Assembly: GCA_051531975.1 (NCBI GenBank)
Contig: JAOPTT010000012.1
Coordinates: 95,783-159,782, forward strand
Direction of reading: 5' to 3'
From: Spirochaetaceae bacterium
Lineage (GTDB): Bacteria > Spirochaetota > Spirochaetia > DSM-2461
Length of the DNA stretch: 64,000 nt
In this document: piece by piece, positions 21,196 through 31,524 of the stretch
Position numbering within the stretch: the first letter of the stretch is position 1
How the letters are laid out: each line of letters opens with the position of its first letter
Position numbers and translations under genes: made by a program
The notes under the pieces: generated by a model
Told to the model about the DNA's origin: nothing
Seen by the model: the letters and a program-made list of their open reading frames with translations, nothing else
Database searches by the model: none

Positions 21196-21423
21196 ATGGC
21201 TAGAAAATGTGAAATATGTGGTAAAGGTACTATAGCTGGAAACAGTGTACCAAGAAAGGGTTTGCCTAAAAAGAAAGGTGGAGCTGGACAACACATCGGT
21301 GTTAAATCAAAAAGAACTTTTAAACCTAATATAGTTAAGGTTCAAGCAACTATTGCTGGTTCAACAAAATCTGTAAAAGTTTGTACTAGATGCTTAAAAG
21401 CAGGAAAGGTAGAAAAACTATAA
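21196..21423 (+). CDS. rpmB: 50S ribosomal protein L28
   Basis: MARKCEICGK...KRTFKPN...VCTRCLK. Confidence 0.97.
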   Translation: MARKCEICGKGTIAGNSVPRKGLPKKKGGAGQHIGVKSKRTFKPNIVKVQATIAGSTKSVKVCTRCLKAGKVEKL

Positions 21424-21442
21424 TTAAAAGAGTGTTACTCTT

Positions 21443-22219
21443 TTAATCAGATTTTAAACAAAGTCCGTCATGTGCGGGCTTTATTTTTTTTATAAGCAAT
21501 TCTTTTTTAATCAACTCCTCTTCTAATGTATAATGATCTAAAGCATGACTAAGGTGTGTAAGGTAGGCTCTTTTAGGTTTTATTTTCTCTATCTGTTCAA
21601 TAGCTTGGTCTATACTATAATGGGTACTGTGCTCTGTATATCGTAGGGCTCCAATTATTAAAATATCTAGATCTTTTAATAGTGTATAACTCTCGACCGG
21701 GATTCCACTACAATCTGTTAAATAAGCAATATTATTAATTCTATACCCATAAATATCTAATACTCCATGTTTTAATGGTATAGGTGTTATGTTTAGATCT
21801 CCAATAGTCACTGGCTCAAAAATCTCATGGGGAATCAAGTTAGGTTTACCACCACCTTTTTGAACTGTTTCTCCAAATATATACGGAAACCTCTCTTTTA
21901 TTTCCAACATATTCTCTGGTAAACCATACAGAGGAATACTCTTTTTTACACTATATGGTCTAATATCATCTATTCCATGAAGATGGTCTGCATGGGTATG
22001 GGTGTAAAATATTGCATCAATCTGAGTAATGTTATGTTTAATCCCTTGGATTCTAAATTCTGGAGTTGTATCTATTAGAAGTTTAGTTGTTTCTGATTCT
22101 ATGTATACAGATGACCTTAAACGTCTATTTTTTTCTCTGTCTGAAGTACATACATTACAACTACAGGTTAATACAGGTATACCATGGGAGGTTCCTGTAC
22201 CTAAAAAAGTTAATTTCAT
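21443..22219 (-). CDS. MBL-fold metallo-hydrolase (PhnP/YycJ-like)
   Basis: FLGTGTS.G.P, C.C..C, THTHADHLHG.DD. Confidence 0.92.
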   Translation of the reverse strand: MKLTFLGTGTSHGIPVLTCSCNVCTSDREKNRRLRSSVYIESETTKLLIDTTPEFRIQGIKHNITQIDAIFYTHTHADHLHGIDDIRPYSVKKSIPLYGLPENMLEIKERFPYIFGETVQKGGGKPNLIPHEIFEPVTIGDLNITPIPLKHGVLDIYGYRINNIAYLTDCSGIPVESYTLLKDLDILIIGALRYTEHSTHYSIDQAIEQIEKIKPKRAYLTHLSHALDHYTLEEELIKKELLIKKIKPAHDGLCLKSD

Positions 22220-22314
22220 AATATAATAATACCATTTATCCTAACTTCTTCTATAGTAATTTTTACTATTTAGAGGCATAATTTCAAATTATCAAATTAA
22301 GGTTGGTTTTTAAG

Positions 22315-23631
22315 ATGAAATATTGCGTGATTGTACTAGGATGCCAGATGAATATATCTGATTCTGAGCGTGTTAGGACAGTATTAGACAGTTTAGGATA
22401 TACATATACAGATAACGAAGATGAAGCAGATATATTAGGTGTAGTAGCCTGTTCTGTTAGACAGAAAGCTATAGATAAGGTTTATTCTAGAATACATCGA
22501 TGGAATAAGATGAAGAAGAAGCAAAAAAGAAATATTCTTACATTTTTATCCGGTTGTGTATTAGAGAGTGACGAGAAGAAGTTTTTAAAGACATTTGATT
22601 TTGTTTTTAAAATGGGAGACTTGGACAAATTACCAGAAATGATACAAAATTATGGTATAGCAACTCCAGGTTCTTTAAAAAATCTAAATAACTTAACAGA
22701 CTTTTGGCAGATAAACCCCCAACACAGTAATAACTTCGATGCATATGTTCCAATACAAAATGGATGTAATAACTTTTGTAGTTATTGTGCTGTTCCATAT
22801 ACGAGAGGAAGAGAGTTATCTAGACCCTCTGATGATATTATTAACGAAGTTAAAGAGTTAGTAGAAAAAGGATTTAAACAGATTACTCTACTAGGGCAGA
22901 ATGTAAACTCCTACGGTTCTGATAAAGATGGTAAAGAGATTACATTTCCTAATTTATTAGAGACGTTAGGTGAATATGGTGATAAAAGTGGTAAAGAATT
23001 TTTACTATATTTTACTGCTCCACATCCAAAAGATTTTTCAGAAGAGTTATTACATATTATGTCTAGATATAACTGTTTAGCTAACTGGGTACATTTCCCA
23101 ATTCAGAGTGGTGACAATACTATCTTAGAGAAGATGAATCGAAAATATACGGTAGAGGATTATGCCAAATCTGTAGATAAAATAAGAACTATTTTACCTG
23201 AAGCTACTCTATTCACAGATATAATAGTTGGGTTTGGTGGAGAGACGGAAGAGTTCTTTCTAAATACTAAAAAAGCTATGGAAAGATTTAAGTATAATAT
23301 GGTTTATATTGCTTGTTATTCTCCAAGGCCAGGTGCCCAAAGCCATAAATGGGAAGATGATATTCCATTAGAAGTAAAAAAAGAGCGGCTTCATATTTTA
23401 TCAGATGTAATGATGGAAACATCTTTAGAGTATAATAAGAACTTATTAGGTAAAACTCTTAGGGTACTCCTAACTGGTAAAGACAGAAAAGAACTATACT
23501 ACCAGGGGTTCACCGAAGGAAGAGTTGTAACTAGAGTAAAAGTAAATGACGATGACTTAGTAGGTAAGTTTGTAAACTTAAAAATAACTGATATTACCCA
23601 CATGTCAATTGAGGGGGTTGTAGTTGAGTAA
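22315..23631 (+). CDS. miaB: tRNA methylthiotransferase MiaB
   Basis: GCQMN..DSE, CSVR, CNNFCSYC, LLGQNVNSY, YSPRPG, TRAM domain. Confidence 0.9.
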   Translation: MKYCVIVLGCQMNISDSERVRTVLDSLGYTYTDNEDEADILGVVACSVRQKAIDKVYSRIHRWNKMKKKQKRNILTFLSGCVLESDEKKFLKTFDFVFKMGDLDKLPEMIQNYGIATPGSLKNLNNLTDFWQINPQHSNNFDAYVPIQNGCNNFCSYCAVPYTRGRELSRPSDDIINEVKELVEKGFKQITLLGQNVNSYGSDKDGKEITFPNLLETLGEYGDKSGKEFLLYFTAPHPKDFSEELLHIMSRYNCLANWVHFPIQSGDNTILEKMNRKYTVEDYAKSVDKIRTILPEATLFTDIIVGFGGETEEFFLNTKKAMERFKYNMVYIACYSPRPGAQSHKWEDDIPLEVKKERLHILSDVMMETSLEYNKNLLGKTLRVLLTGKDRKELYYQGFTEGRVVTRVKVNDDDLVGKFVNLKITDITHMSIEGVVVE

Positions 23632-24901
23632 AAAAGTTGCATTAAATACTCTTGGTTGCAAAATGAATCAATATGAGTCTGATAGTCTCGCTTCTGATTT
23701 TATTAAAGCTGGTTATTCAGTTGTACCATTTGATGAAGTAGCAGACGTATATGTAATTAATACATGTACTGTTACCAATAAAAGCGATAGAAAAAGCCGT
23801 AACAGCATAAATAAAGCTAGAAAGCAGGAAGGTGCTGTTGTTGTTGTAACAGGTTGTTACGTGGATTCTACAAAACATGACTTAGAAAAAACTACAGGTT
23901 TAACATTTTTAATAGAGAATAAACGTAAAAACCAGATATTCCACTTAGTTGACTCATATTTTAATGGGGAAATTGAACATGATAACAATAAAAAAGATGT
24001 TTTTGATTTCCATACAACAGATAAAGGTCTTAGGACTAGAGCTACAATTAAGATTCAAGATGGATGTGATAGTTTTTGTAGTTATTGCATAATACCCTTT
24101 GTTCGAGGGGCTGGGATTAGTAGACCACAAGAGGATATTTTAAATAGTATTAAAGATCATCTGGATGAGGGTTTTAAAGAGATTGTATTAACAGGTATAA
24201 ACATGTCTTGTTATACTCACGAGGGTACTGGATTTATTGACCTTGTTAAATCAATATTAGAAATAGAAGGTGATTGGCGTCTTAGAATATCTTCTTTAGA
24301 ACCAGATATGATAGGTGACGAGATTGTTGAACTTTTTAAACACCCTAGAATGACTCCACATCTGCATCTATGTCTGCAAAGTGGTTCTGAACAGATTTTA
24401 AAAGAGATGAAGAGAGACTATACCTTTAAGCAGTATAAAAATATTATATTACGTATTAAAAAAGTAATCCCACTATTTAATATAACTACGGATCTGATTG
24501 TTGGATTCCCTGGTGAGAGCACAATACTATTTAATGAGAGCCTTGAAGCCAGTAAAGAGTTAGGGTTTGGACATATCCATACATTTAAATATTCTAAGAG
24601 AGAAGGAACTAAAGCAGCAGATTTTAAAGATCAGGTTGATGAGAAGGTTAAATCTTCTAGATCTGAAGAGATTCGTATACTGTCATTAGAACTGAAAAGA
24701 AATTATAGGGAATCTTTAATTGGAACTACTCAGAGAGTATTAATTGAAAAAGTTATTGATGGATTTGGAAAAGGTTTTGGGGAATATTATGTTCCTGTAA
24801 AGTTTAATACAAATTTAACTGAAATTAATCAGTTTGTTAATATAAAAATTACAGGAATATCAGATGGTTCTGAACCTATGCTATTAGGAGAGGAGATTTA
24901 A
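23624..24901 (+). CDS. mtaB: tRNA t6A methylthiotransferase MtaB
   Basis: TLGCK.NQYE, INTCTVT, KIQDGC..FCSYCIIP, YS.REGT.AA. Confidence 0.92.
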   Translation: MSKKVALNTLGCKMNQYESDSLASDFIKAGYSVVPFDEVADVYVINTCTVTNKSDRKSRNSINKARKQEGAVVVVTGCYVDSTKHDLEKTTGLTFLIENKRKNQIFHLVDSYFNGEIEHDNNKKDVFDFHTTDKGLRTRATIKIQDGCDSFCSYCIIPFVRGAGISRPQEDILNSIKDHLDEGFKEIVLTGINMSCYTHEGTGFIDLVKSILEIEGDWRLRISSLEPDMIGDEIVELFKHPRMTPHLHLCLQSGSEQILKEMKRDYTFKQYKNIILRIKKVIPLFNITTDLIVGFPGESTILFNESLEASKELGFGHIHTFKYSKREGTKAADFKDQVDEKVKSSRSEEIRILSLELKRNYRESLIGTTQRVLIEKVIDGFGKGFGEYYVPVKFNTNLTEINQFVNIKITGISDGSEPMLLGEEI

Positions 24902-24913
24902 TCCTCCCTATTA

Positions 24914-25255
24914 TTAACCAATAGCTTCATCACCATTTTCTTCTGTCCTAATTCTATAACATTGTTCTAATGGTTGTACAAATATTTTACCATCACCAAT
25001 GTTTCCAGTCTTAGCACCTCTAATTATTGCCTGAACTGTATTATCTACGTATGTATCGTTAACAGCAATTCTAATACATACTTTAGGTAGTAGATTTACT
25101 TGGTGGTTTACACCTCTATAACTCTCGGTATAACCCATTTGTTGACCACAACCCTTAACTTGAAATACTGTCATCTTACCTACGTTTTCTTTATGTAACT
25201 CTTTTTTTACAGATTCTAACTGCTCTGGTTGTATTATTGCTTCTATCATTTTCAT
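24914..25255 (-). CDS. glnK: P-II nitrogen regulatory protein
   Basis: G.G.Q.G.TE.YRG, TG.IGDGKIFV; directly after amt. Confidence 0.93.
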   Translation of the reverse strand: MKMIEAIIQPEQLESVKKELHKENVGKMTVFQVKGCGQQMGYTESYRGVNHQVNLLPKVCIRIAVNDTYVDNTVQAIIRGAKTGNIGDGKIFVQPLEQCYRIRTEENGDEAIG

Positions 25256-25268
25256 AAGTTTTCTCCTT

Positions 25269-26486
25269 TTATAGTGCTTCTTCTGGATTTGCTTCAACAT
25301 GATGGATAACAAGGTCGGCACCTAACATCTCTTGTTGTTCAGTTAACCTAATTCCAACTGTTTTCTTTAAAGTTCCATAAACTAAGATACTAGCAATTAA
25401 TGCTACTAATATAACAAAAACAGTACCAATTAACTGTGCAATAAACGAAACTTCGCCAACTCCACCAAAAAATTCTAAACCAAATATACCAACAGCTAAA
25501 CCACCCCATGTTCCACAAAGTCCATGTAGAGGCCAAACACCTAAAACATCATCAATTTTTAATTTCTCAGTAACTAAATGGAAACCAAATACAAAAATTA
25601 TACCTGCTATAATTCCAACTACTAAAGCACCAATAGGGTGATATAGATTACTACCAGCACAAACTGCAACTAAACCTGCAAGAGCACCATTATGAGTAAA
25701 TCCTGCATCATTTTTAGAAAAAATAGAACCAGCTAATATTCCACCAACCATTGCCATTAAAGAGTTAATTGCAACAATAGAATTAATTCCGTCAATTGCC
25801 TGGGCACTCATAACATTAAAACCAAACCAACCTATACATAATACCCAGCTACCAAGAGCTAAAAATGGTATGTTACTTACAGGAATAGGGGAGCTTGTTC
25901 CATCATCTAAATATCTTTTTCTTCTAGGGCCTAATATAATAATAGCAGGAAGTGCTAACCACCCACCCATTGCATGAACAACAATTGATCCAGCATAATC
26001 TTTAAATGGAGTTCCAACTAAAGCTTCTAACCAAGAACCAGGACCAAATAAGTTTAATTGTCCCCATATTGCAGATTCTATAAATGGATAAACCAAACCA
26101 ACAAAAACAGCTCCTGCTATCGAGTTTGTCCAAAATTTAGCTCTTTCTGCAACACCACCGGATATAATAGCTGGAATACAAGCAGCAAAACCTAAAAGAA
26201 GGAAGAATCGTATCATATCTATAGATCCGTTCTCTACTAAACTATTTGCACTTTGCCAAAAAGTAAATGACTTAACACCGTAGGCAATTGGAAAACCTAT
26301 AGCAAAATATACAACTGTTGAAATTGCCCAGTCAAATATTATTTTATTAAGTGCATTAACTTGATTCTTTTTTCTAACAGATCCTACCTCTAAAAAGGCA
26401 AAACCAGCATGCATTGAAAATATCATCACCGCACCTAATAGTAAAAACAGTATATTTCCACTATCTAAACTCACAAACTTTTCCAT
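25269..26486 (-). CDS. amtB: ammonium transporter
   Basis: GFAFLE.G.VR.KN, DYAGS.VVH, GWFGFN, DDVLGVWPLHG. Confidence 0.95.
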   Translation of the reverse strand: MEKFVSLDSGNILFLLLGAVMIFSMHAGFAFLEVGSVRKKNQVNALNKIIFDWAISTVVYFAIGFPIAYGVKSFTFWQSANSLVENGSIDMIRFFLLLGFAACIPAIISGGVAERAKFWTNSIAGAVFVGLVYPFIESAIWGQLNLFGPGSWLEALVGTPFKDYAGSIVVHAMGGWLALPAIIILGPRRKRYLDDGTSSPIPVSNIPFLALGSWVLCIGWFGFNVMSAQAIDGINSIVAINSLMAMVGGILAGSIFSKNDAGFTHNGALAGLVAVCAGSNLYHPIGALVVGIIAGIIFVFGFHLVTEKLKIDDVLGVWPLHGLCGTWGGLAVGIFGLEFFGGVGEVSFIAQLIGTVFVILVALIASILVYGTLKKTVGIRLTEQQEMLGADLVIHHVEANPEEAL

Positions 26487-26521
26487 ATTACTCAAACCTC
26501 CGTTGTTGTTACTTTTATGTA

Positions 26522-26536
26522 GCATTTATTGTGCCA
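26522..26536 (-). promoter_or_regulatory. sigma54 (-24/-12) promoter of amtB-glnK
   Basis: Minus-strand TGGCAC-AATAA-ATGC, close to consensus TGGCAC-N5-TTGC, 36 bp upstream of the amtB ATG. Confidence 0.75.
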
Positions 26537-26764
26537 AGTTACATTTTTGTTGATTCTATGGTTGTAATATAGATATTCAGTACATAAATCCAATATATAA
26601 ATAGTTTTAAAACATACATTTATGTATTACCGTGATGAATTATCCAACAAAATTGTTAGTTTCAGGTGAAAATGAATATGAATTACTTCATTTGTTACAT
26701 TATTGTGAATTCTTTCACTACATTTATGAATGTTTTGTGTATTTGGTTATATTATGAGGTCAAT

Positions 26765-26919
26765 AACCTAAGATTATTTCAAAAGGTATTCATTGGTGCT
26801 CTAATATTAAATAATATGTATTGATACATATTATTAGGTCTAAAACCTAAAATTTATTTCATAAGGTATTCATTGGTGTTCTATTAATAAATAATATGTA
26901 TTATACATATTATGATGTC
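26765..26919 (+). repeat. two ~76-bp direct repeats (period ~80), each with an AT-rich palindrome
   Basis: AAGGTATTCATTGGTG..ATAATATGTA-N3/4-TACATATTAT present twice. Confidence 0.85.
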
Positions 26920-27046
26920 CATTTGTATCTAATATGTATTTTGCGTATATTTGTTTGTGTAATATTTATAAATAATATGTATTATTGACACTTCTCACAG
27001 CTACTACGATAATTAGTAAGATAATATGAAAAATTGGGAGTATTTA

Positions 27047-28048
27047 ATGACTATTAACGAATCTGTATTTGGTAAAACATTAGCAGGCCAGCCTGTAAAA
27101 CAGATAAGCATAAATAATAACAGAGGTATTGAGATTACAGTAACCGACAGAGGTGCAACATTAATATCTGTCAAACTTAAAAACAGAAATGGTGATCTTG
27201 AAGAGTGTATTTTAGGTTTTGACACTGTAAAAGAATACGAAGAACATCTAGCTTTTTATGGTGCAACAATAGGTCGAGTAGGTAATAGAACTGCAAATGG
27301 TGAATTCACTCTAGATGGTATTAAATATAACCTTGCAAAAAATGATTCAGATGTTAATAACCTACATGGTGGGGTTAAAGGTTTTGATAAGGTAATTTGG
27401 AATTATTCTATAACTAAAGAGAGTGATCGAACCATTTTATCATTTAAATATTTAAGCCCAGATGCAGATGAGAACTTTCCTGGAAACCTAGATACTGAAG
27501 TTAAATATATTTTAACAGATAATAATGAGTTAATTTTAGATTATACTGCAACAACAGATAAAAGAACTCCTGTTAATTTAACTAATCATGCCTATTGGAA
27601 TTTAACTGGAAACAGTGGAAGTGTATTAGAGCATAACTTCCAAATAGAAGCAGATACATATTTACCAACCGATGAATTCCAGATTCCTACAGGGGAACTT
27701 AAAAGTGTTGAGGGTACAGGTTATGATTTTAGAACACTTAGACCTCTATCAGATGGTATTAAAATAACTGGAGGCTTTGATCATAACTTTAATCTTTCTA
27801 TTAAGAAAAGAGATAAACCAGTTAACAGAGTATATGTAGAGGAGCCAAATAGTGGACGATCTATGGAGATTAAAACAACAGAACCTGGTGTTCAGTTATA
27901 CACGGGATTTGATGATCATAAATTTTTCTGCTTAGAGACTCAAATGTTCCCTAATGCAATCAATAATAGTGACTTTGATTCTATAGTTTTATCTCCAGGT
28001 GAGACTTATAGACAGACTACAATTCACAAATTTGATTTTAAGAAATAG
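27047..28048 (+). CDS. galM: aldose 1-epimerase (mutarotase)
   Basis: GATIGR..NR, LHGG..GFDK, FPGNL, NLTNHAYWNL, CLETQ. Confidence 0.93.
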   Translation: MTINESVFGKTLAGQPVKQISINNNRGIEITVTDRGATLISVKLKNRNGDLEECILGFDTVKEYEEHLAFYGATIGRVGNRTANGEFTLDGIKYNLAKNDSDVNNLHGGVKGFDKVIWNYSITKESDRTILSFKYLSPDADENFPGNLDTEVKYILTDNNELILDYTATTDKRTPVNLTNHAYWNLTGNSGSVLEHNFQIEADTYLPTDEFQIPTGELKSVEGTGYDFRTLRPLSDGIKITGGFDHNFNLSIKKRDKPVNRVYVEEPNSGRSMEIKTTEPGVQLYTGFDDHKFFCLETQMFPNAINNSDFDSIVLSPGETYRQTTIHKFDFKK

Positions 28049-28057
28049 GAGTAATAT

Positions 28058-29239
28058 ATGGAAAACCGTGGAGTAATTTCAATAATAGGTAGACGATTAA
28101 GATTAGCAGTTATTGGTGGAGGTCCTGGTTCATTTATAGGTGGTATGCATAGAATGGCTGCCCGTTTAGATGACCAGTATGAAATTGTTGCAAGTGTATT
28201 ATCATCTGACCCAGAAAGAGCAGTTTCTAGGGGTTTAGAGCTAGGTCTTTCTAAAGATCGAGCTTATTCAACTGTTGATCAATTAATAACAGAAGAAAGA
28301 AAAAGAGATGACCCTGCTGATGTTATAGCAATAATGACGCCTAACGATTCTCATTTTGAATATTCAATGAAAGCTTTAGATAATGGGTTTGATGTTATAT
28401 GTGACAAACCAATGACAAACACAGCAGAAGAAGCAAAAGAACTACAGAAAAAAGTTAAAGACACAGGTAGAGTTTTTTGTCTGACACATAACTATACTGG
28501 TTATCCTTTAACTAGGCAGGCAAAAGCTATGGTATCTGCTGGTGAACTTGGAACAATCCGTCTAGTTCAGGTCGAATATGTTCAGGGTGGAAATGCTGAT
28601 GAGAATAAATCATTTCCTAAAACTGGTCCAAAATCTTGGAAAAATGATATCAAAAAAGGTGGACCATCTCTAGTTATGGGAGATATTGGAAGCCATGCGC
28701 ATAATTTAATAAGATTTATTACAGGGTTAGAGGTATCTGAAGTTTGTGCTGAAACTGGAGCTATAGTTCCGGGTAGGGAAGTTGATGACTTTGCTGGAGC
28801 ACTTTTAAGATTAGAAAATGGAGCAAGGGGAAGCTTTTGGGTTACTCAAGCTGCCGCTGGTGTAGAAAATAGTCTTAGAATTAGAGTGTGCGGAACATTA
28901 GGTTCTTTAGAGTGGTTACAAGAGGTTCCTCAAATCTTAACATTTAAACCTCTTGGTGCACCTGTTCAGATAAGAACTCCAAATGGTCCTGGTACTTTAC
29001 CACTTTCAAAACGATCCAGTAGAATAGTAGCTGGGCATCCAGAAGGTTTTCCTGAAGGCTTTGCTAATTTATATTCAGATGCTGCAGAAGTTATTGCATG
29101 TGGAATTGCTGGTAAAAAAGTTGATCCTCTTGCAATGTTTTTCCCTAATTCTACCGATGGCTTAGCTGGGGTATTATTTGTAGATGCTGTTATTAGATCT
29201 AGTAATAATAACAGTAGCTGGGAGAAAGTTTTTCTATAA
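28058..29239 (+). CDS. Gfo/Idh/MocA oxidoreductase
   Basis: GGG.GSFIG..H, TPN..H, CDKP, HNYTGYP, DIGSHA, GHPEG. Confidence 0.92.
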   Translation: MENRGVISIIGRRLRLAVIGGGPGSFIGGMHRMAARLDDQYEIVASVLSSDPERAVSRGLELGLSKDRAYSTVDQLITEERKRDDPADVIAIMTPNDSHFEYSMKALDNGFDVICDKPMTNTAEEAKELQKKVKDTGRVFCLTHNYTGYPLTRQAKAMVSAGELGTIRLVQVEYVQGGNADENKSFPKTGPKSWKNDIKKGGPSLVMGDIGSHAHNLIRFITGLEVSEVCAETGAIVPGREVDDFAGALLRLENGARGSFWVTQAAAGVENSLRIRVCGTLGSLEWLQEVPQILTFKPLGAPVQIRTPNGPGTLPLSKRSSRIVAGHPEGFPEGFANLYSDAAEVIACGIAGKKVDPLAMFFPNSTDGLAGVLFVDAVIRSSNNNSSWEKVFL

Positions 29240-29254
29240 AATAAAACACTTTAT

Positions 29255-29284
29255 AAAAGCTAAAGGAGTTTTCCTTTAGCTTTT
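29255..29284. terminator. bidirectional terminator
   Basis: AAAAGCTAAAGGA-GTTT-TCCTTTAGCTTTT between convergent genes. Confidence 0.8.
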
Positions 29285-29295
29285 CCCCTATATGC

Positions 29296-31425
29296 TTAGG
29301 ATTCTGTTTTAAATCTATTAACATTTTTATTTAAGTTTTCACCTGTCTCTTCTAACTGAAAAGATGTATCTTCTACTCGGGACATTGATTCTGAAATATC
29401 CTTTGTTCCATGTTCAATCTCATCAATTGCATTTACAACATCTAATGTAATCTGTTTTGTACTATTTATAGAATTTATTACACCAATAGTCGCTTGTTTT
29501 ATTGCCATGGATCTCTCTTTCACAATGCCTGAAACATTCTCAAGAGTTGTAATCGATTCTAAGATTTCCTGCCCACCAATCTGAAGCTCATTAGTGCTAT
29601 TATCTATCTCTTCTAAAGCACCTACAATATCGTTTATCTCATTATTTACAAGGGTAAAACTCCCTTTTGTTTCTCTACTTAACTGATCTGCTAATACTAT
29701 GGAAGCTTCTATGTTTTTAAGGGTATTAGTTATCTGATTAGAGTTATTATTAGAAGTCTCTGCAAGTTTTCTTATCTCATCTGCGACAACAGCAAATCCT
29801 TTCCCAGCATTACCTGCGTGTGCTGCCTCAATTGCTGCATTCATTGCTAATAAATTAGTCCTAGAAGCTATATCAGATATAATTTTTGCCATATCTTTAA
29901 TACTCGTTAACTGATTATTAACATCATTTACTGCTCTTTGAGTACTGTCTATTATTTGGGAACCGTGTTTTGCTTTTAACATCAACTCATTCGAAGATGT
30001 CTGTTTTGCAGTAGTAACTTTAGATACATTATTTATTGATGATATCATCTGGGTTATTGCCACAGTAGATGTTCCTAACATTAAAGATTGATTCTCGATG
30101 GATTGGTTTAAATCTTCAATATTTAAACTAATAGCTTCAATAGAATTAACTGAGCCAATAACGTTATCATTTAAGTATTTTGTTTGAGTATTTATACTAT
30201 TTATATTTGTAGATATTTCATGAAGGGCAGATGAAGTCTCATCAATCCCAAATTTAATCTCATTTTTTATTGTAAGTGTTTTAGTTGCAGAGGTTTTTAT
30301 TTCAATTATTAGATTCTGTAGTGTATCAATAAAACTATTAAAATTATTTACCATAGTTCCAATTTCACTTTTAGTTTTTAATTCTATTCTAGACGTTAAA
30401 TCACCATCACCATGGGATATATCTTTTAGACTATTGCTAAATCTTAATAGTGGTACTGTTACATTATTTGACACTGAAAATATTATAAAAAATATTAGTA
30501 ATATAATTATAATCCCAGATATTAAAATGATTTTTGTAATCGAATCTACAGTAGAATAATATTCATCTAAATATCCTGATATACATATTACAAGATTAGA
30601 ATTAGCCTCTTTAGTAAATACACTAAATCTTTTCCTCACTCTACCATCTTCTTCAGTCCAATTATTTACATAATATCCATCGAGTTTATCTACAACTTCA
30701 GAAAAAACCTTTGTTCCAGAAGCATCCTCTAATTTTTTTATATTTACAAAAATTAAATTAGGATCTCTATTGGTTAAAATTAATCCAGCAGGTGTTAAAA
30801 TGTAAGGAAAACCTGTTTCTCCTAGTGTCACACTATTAAGATTGTCACCAAGTTCTTTCATATCTATTGAAGCAACAAATTCTGACATATAAGTTGTTAC
30901 ACAAACATTAATATCTAGTTCTTTATTATAATACCTATATAAGATTTTTTTCTTATCCTGATATTCATAATTATAATAGACTTTTTCATGGGTTTTCTGC
31001 TCTATTATCCAATCAGCTGTAGATGCTTTTGTCCCTATTTTGCTTTTAGTTGGGTGACTTAAAATAATTCCCTTACTATCTGTAACAAAAATATAACCAG
31101 TTTTTAGAAATGTTACAGTATCAATTTCAGCCAAATGAGTAGTTAATGCTTCATCCTTTGTCATCTTACCATTTTTTACTTTAGTAGCATAAATTAATGT
31201 TTTATTATATTTCTCATCCCCTATACCAAGGAGGTAACTTCTTGCAGAGGTATTTAACAAAGTTGTAATCTGTTGTGTAATATTTTTTGATTGACTCTCT
31301 AATTGTATCGAGAGGTCTTCAGTAATTTTAGTAGTTGTAAGACTAATAATAAATGTAAATGTTACTGTCAAAAGCAACATTAGTGACCCACCAATAAATA
31401 GTAATAATTTTGATTTTATTTTCAT
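29296..31425 (-). CDS. methyl-accepting chemotaxis protein (Cache/HAMP/MCP)
   Basis: [42 protein letters not shown] motif. Confidence 0.95.
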   Translation of the reverse strand: MKIKSKLLLFIGGSLMLLLTVTFTFIISLTTTKITEDLSIQLESQSKNITQQITTLLNTSARSYLLGIGDEKYNKTLIYATKVKNGKMTKDEALTTHLAEIDTVTFLKTGYIFVTDSKGIILSHPTKSKIGTKASTADWIIEQKTHEKVYYNYEYQDKKKILYRYYNKELDINVCVTTYMSEFVASIDMKELGDNLNSVTLGETGFPYILTPAGLILTNRDPNLIFVNIKKLEDASGTKVFSEVVDKLDGYYVNNWTEEDGRVRKRFSVFTKEANSNLVICISGYLDEYYSTVDSITKIILISGIIIILLIFFIIFSVSNNVTVPLLRFSNSLKDISHGDGDLTSRIELKTKSEIGTMVNNFNSFIDTLQNLIIEIKTSATKTLTIKNEIKFGIDETSSALHEISTNINSINTQTKYLNDNVIGSVNSIEAISLNIEDLNQSIENQSLMLGTSTVAITQMISSINNVSKVTTAKQTSSNELMLKAKHGSQIIDSTQRAVNDVNNQLTSIKDMAKIISDIASRTNLLAMNAAIEAAHAGNAGKGFAVVADEIRKLAETSNNNSNQITNTLKNIEASIVLADQLSRETKGSFTLVNNEINDIVGALEEIDNSTNELQIGGQEILESITTLENVSGIVKERSMAIKQATIGVINSINSTKQITLDVVNAIDEIEHGTKDISESMSRVEDTSFQLEETGENLNKNVNRFKTES

Positions 31426-31476
31426 TTCATTATCAACCTTAATCTGATTTAATTTAAATCTTGCCATTTGAAATTA

Positions 31477-31509
31477 AAAAAAGCCCATATTTTGAAATAT
31501 GGGCTCTTT
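31477..31509 (-). terminator. terminator after the TRAP operon
   Basis: AAAAAAAGCCCATATT-TTGA-AATATGGGCT. Confidence 0.75.
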
Positions 31510-31524
31510 GAGAAACTGTTCAAT

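Noticed and set aside
22315..24901. Tandem radical-SAM genes as a novel biosynthetic cluster
   Set aside because: Motifs fit the housekeeping tRNA methylthiotransferases MiaB and MtaB.
26765..26990. Possible CRISPR array
   Set aside because: Only two long imperfect units, no unique spacers and no cas genes in the window.
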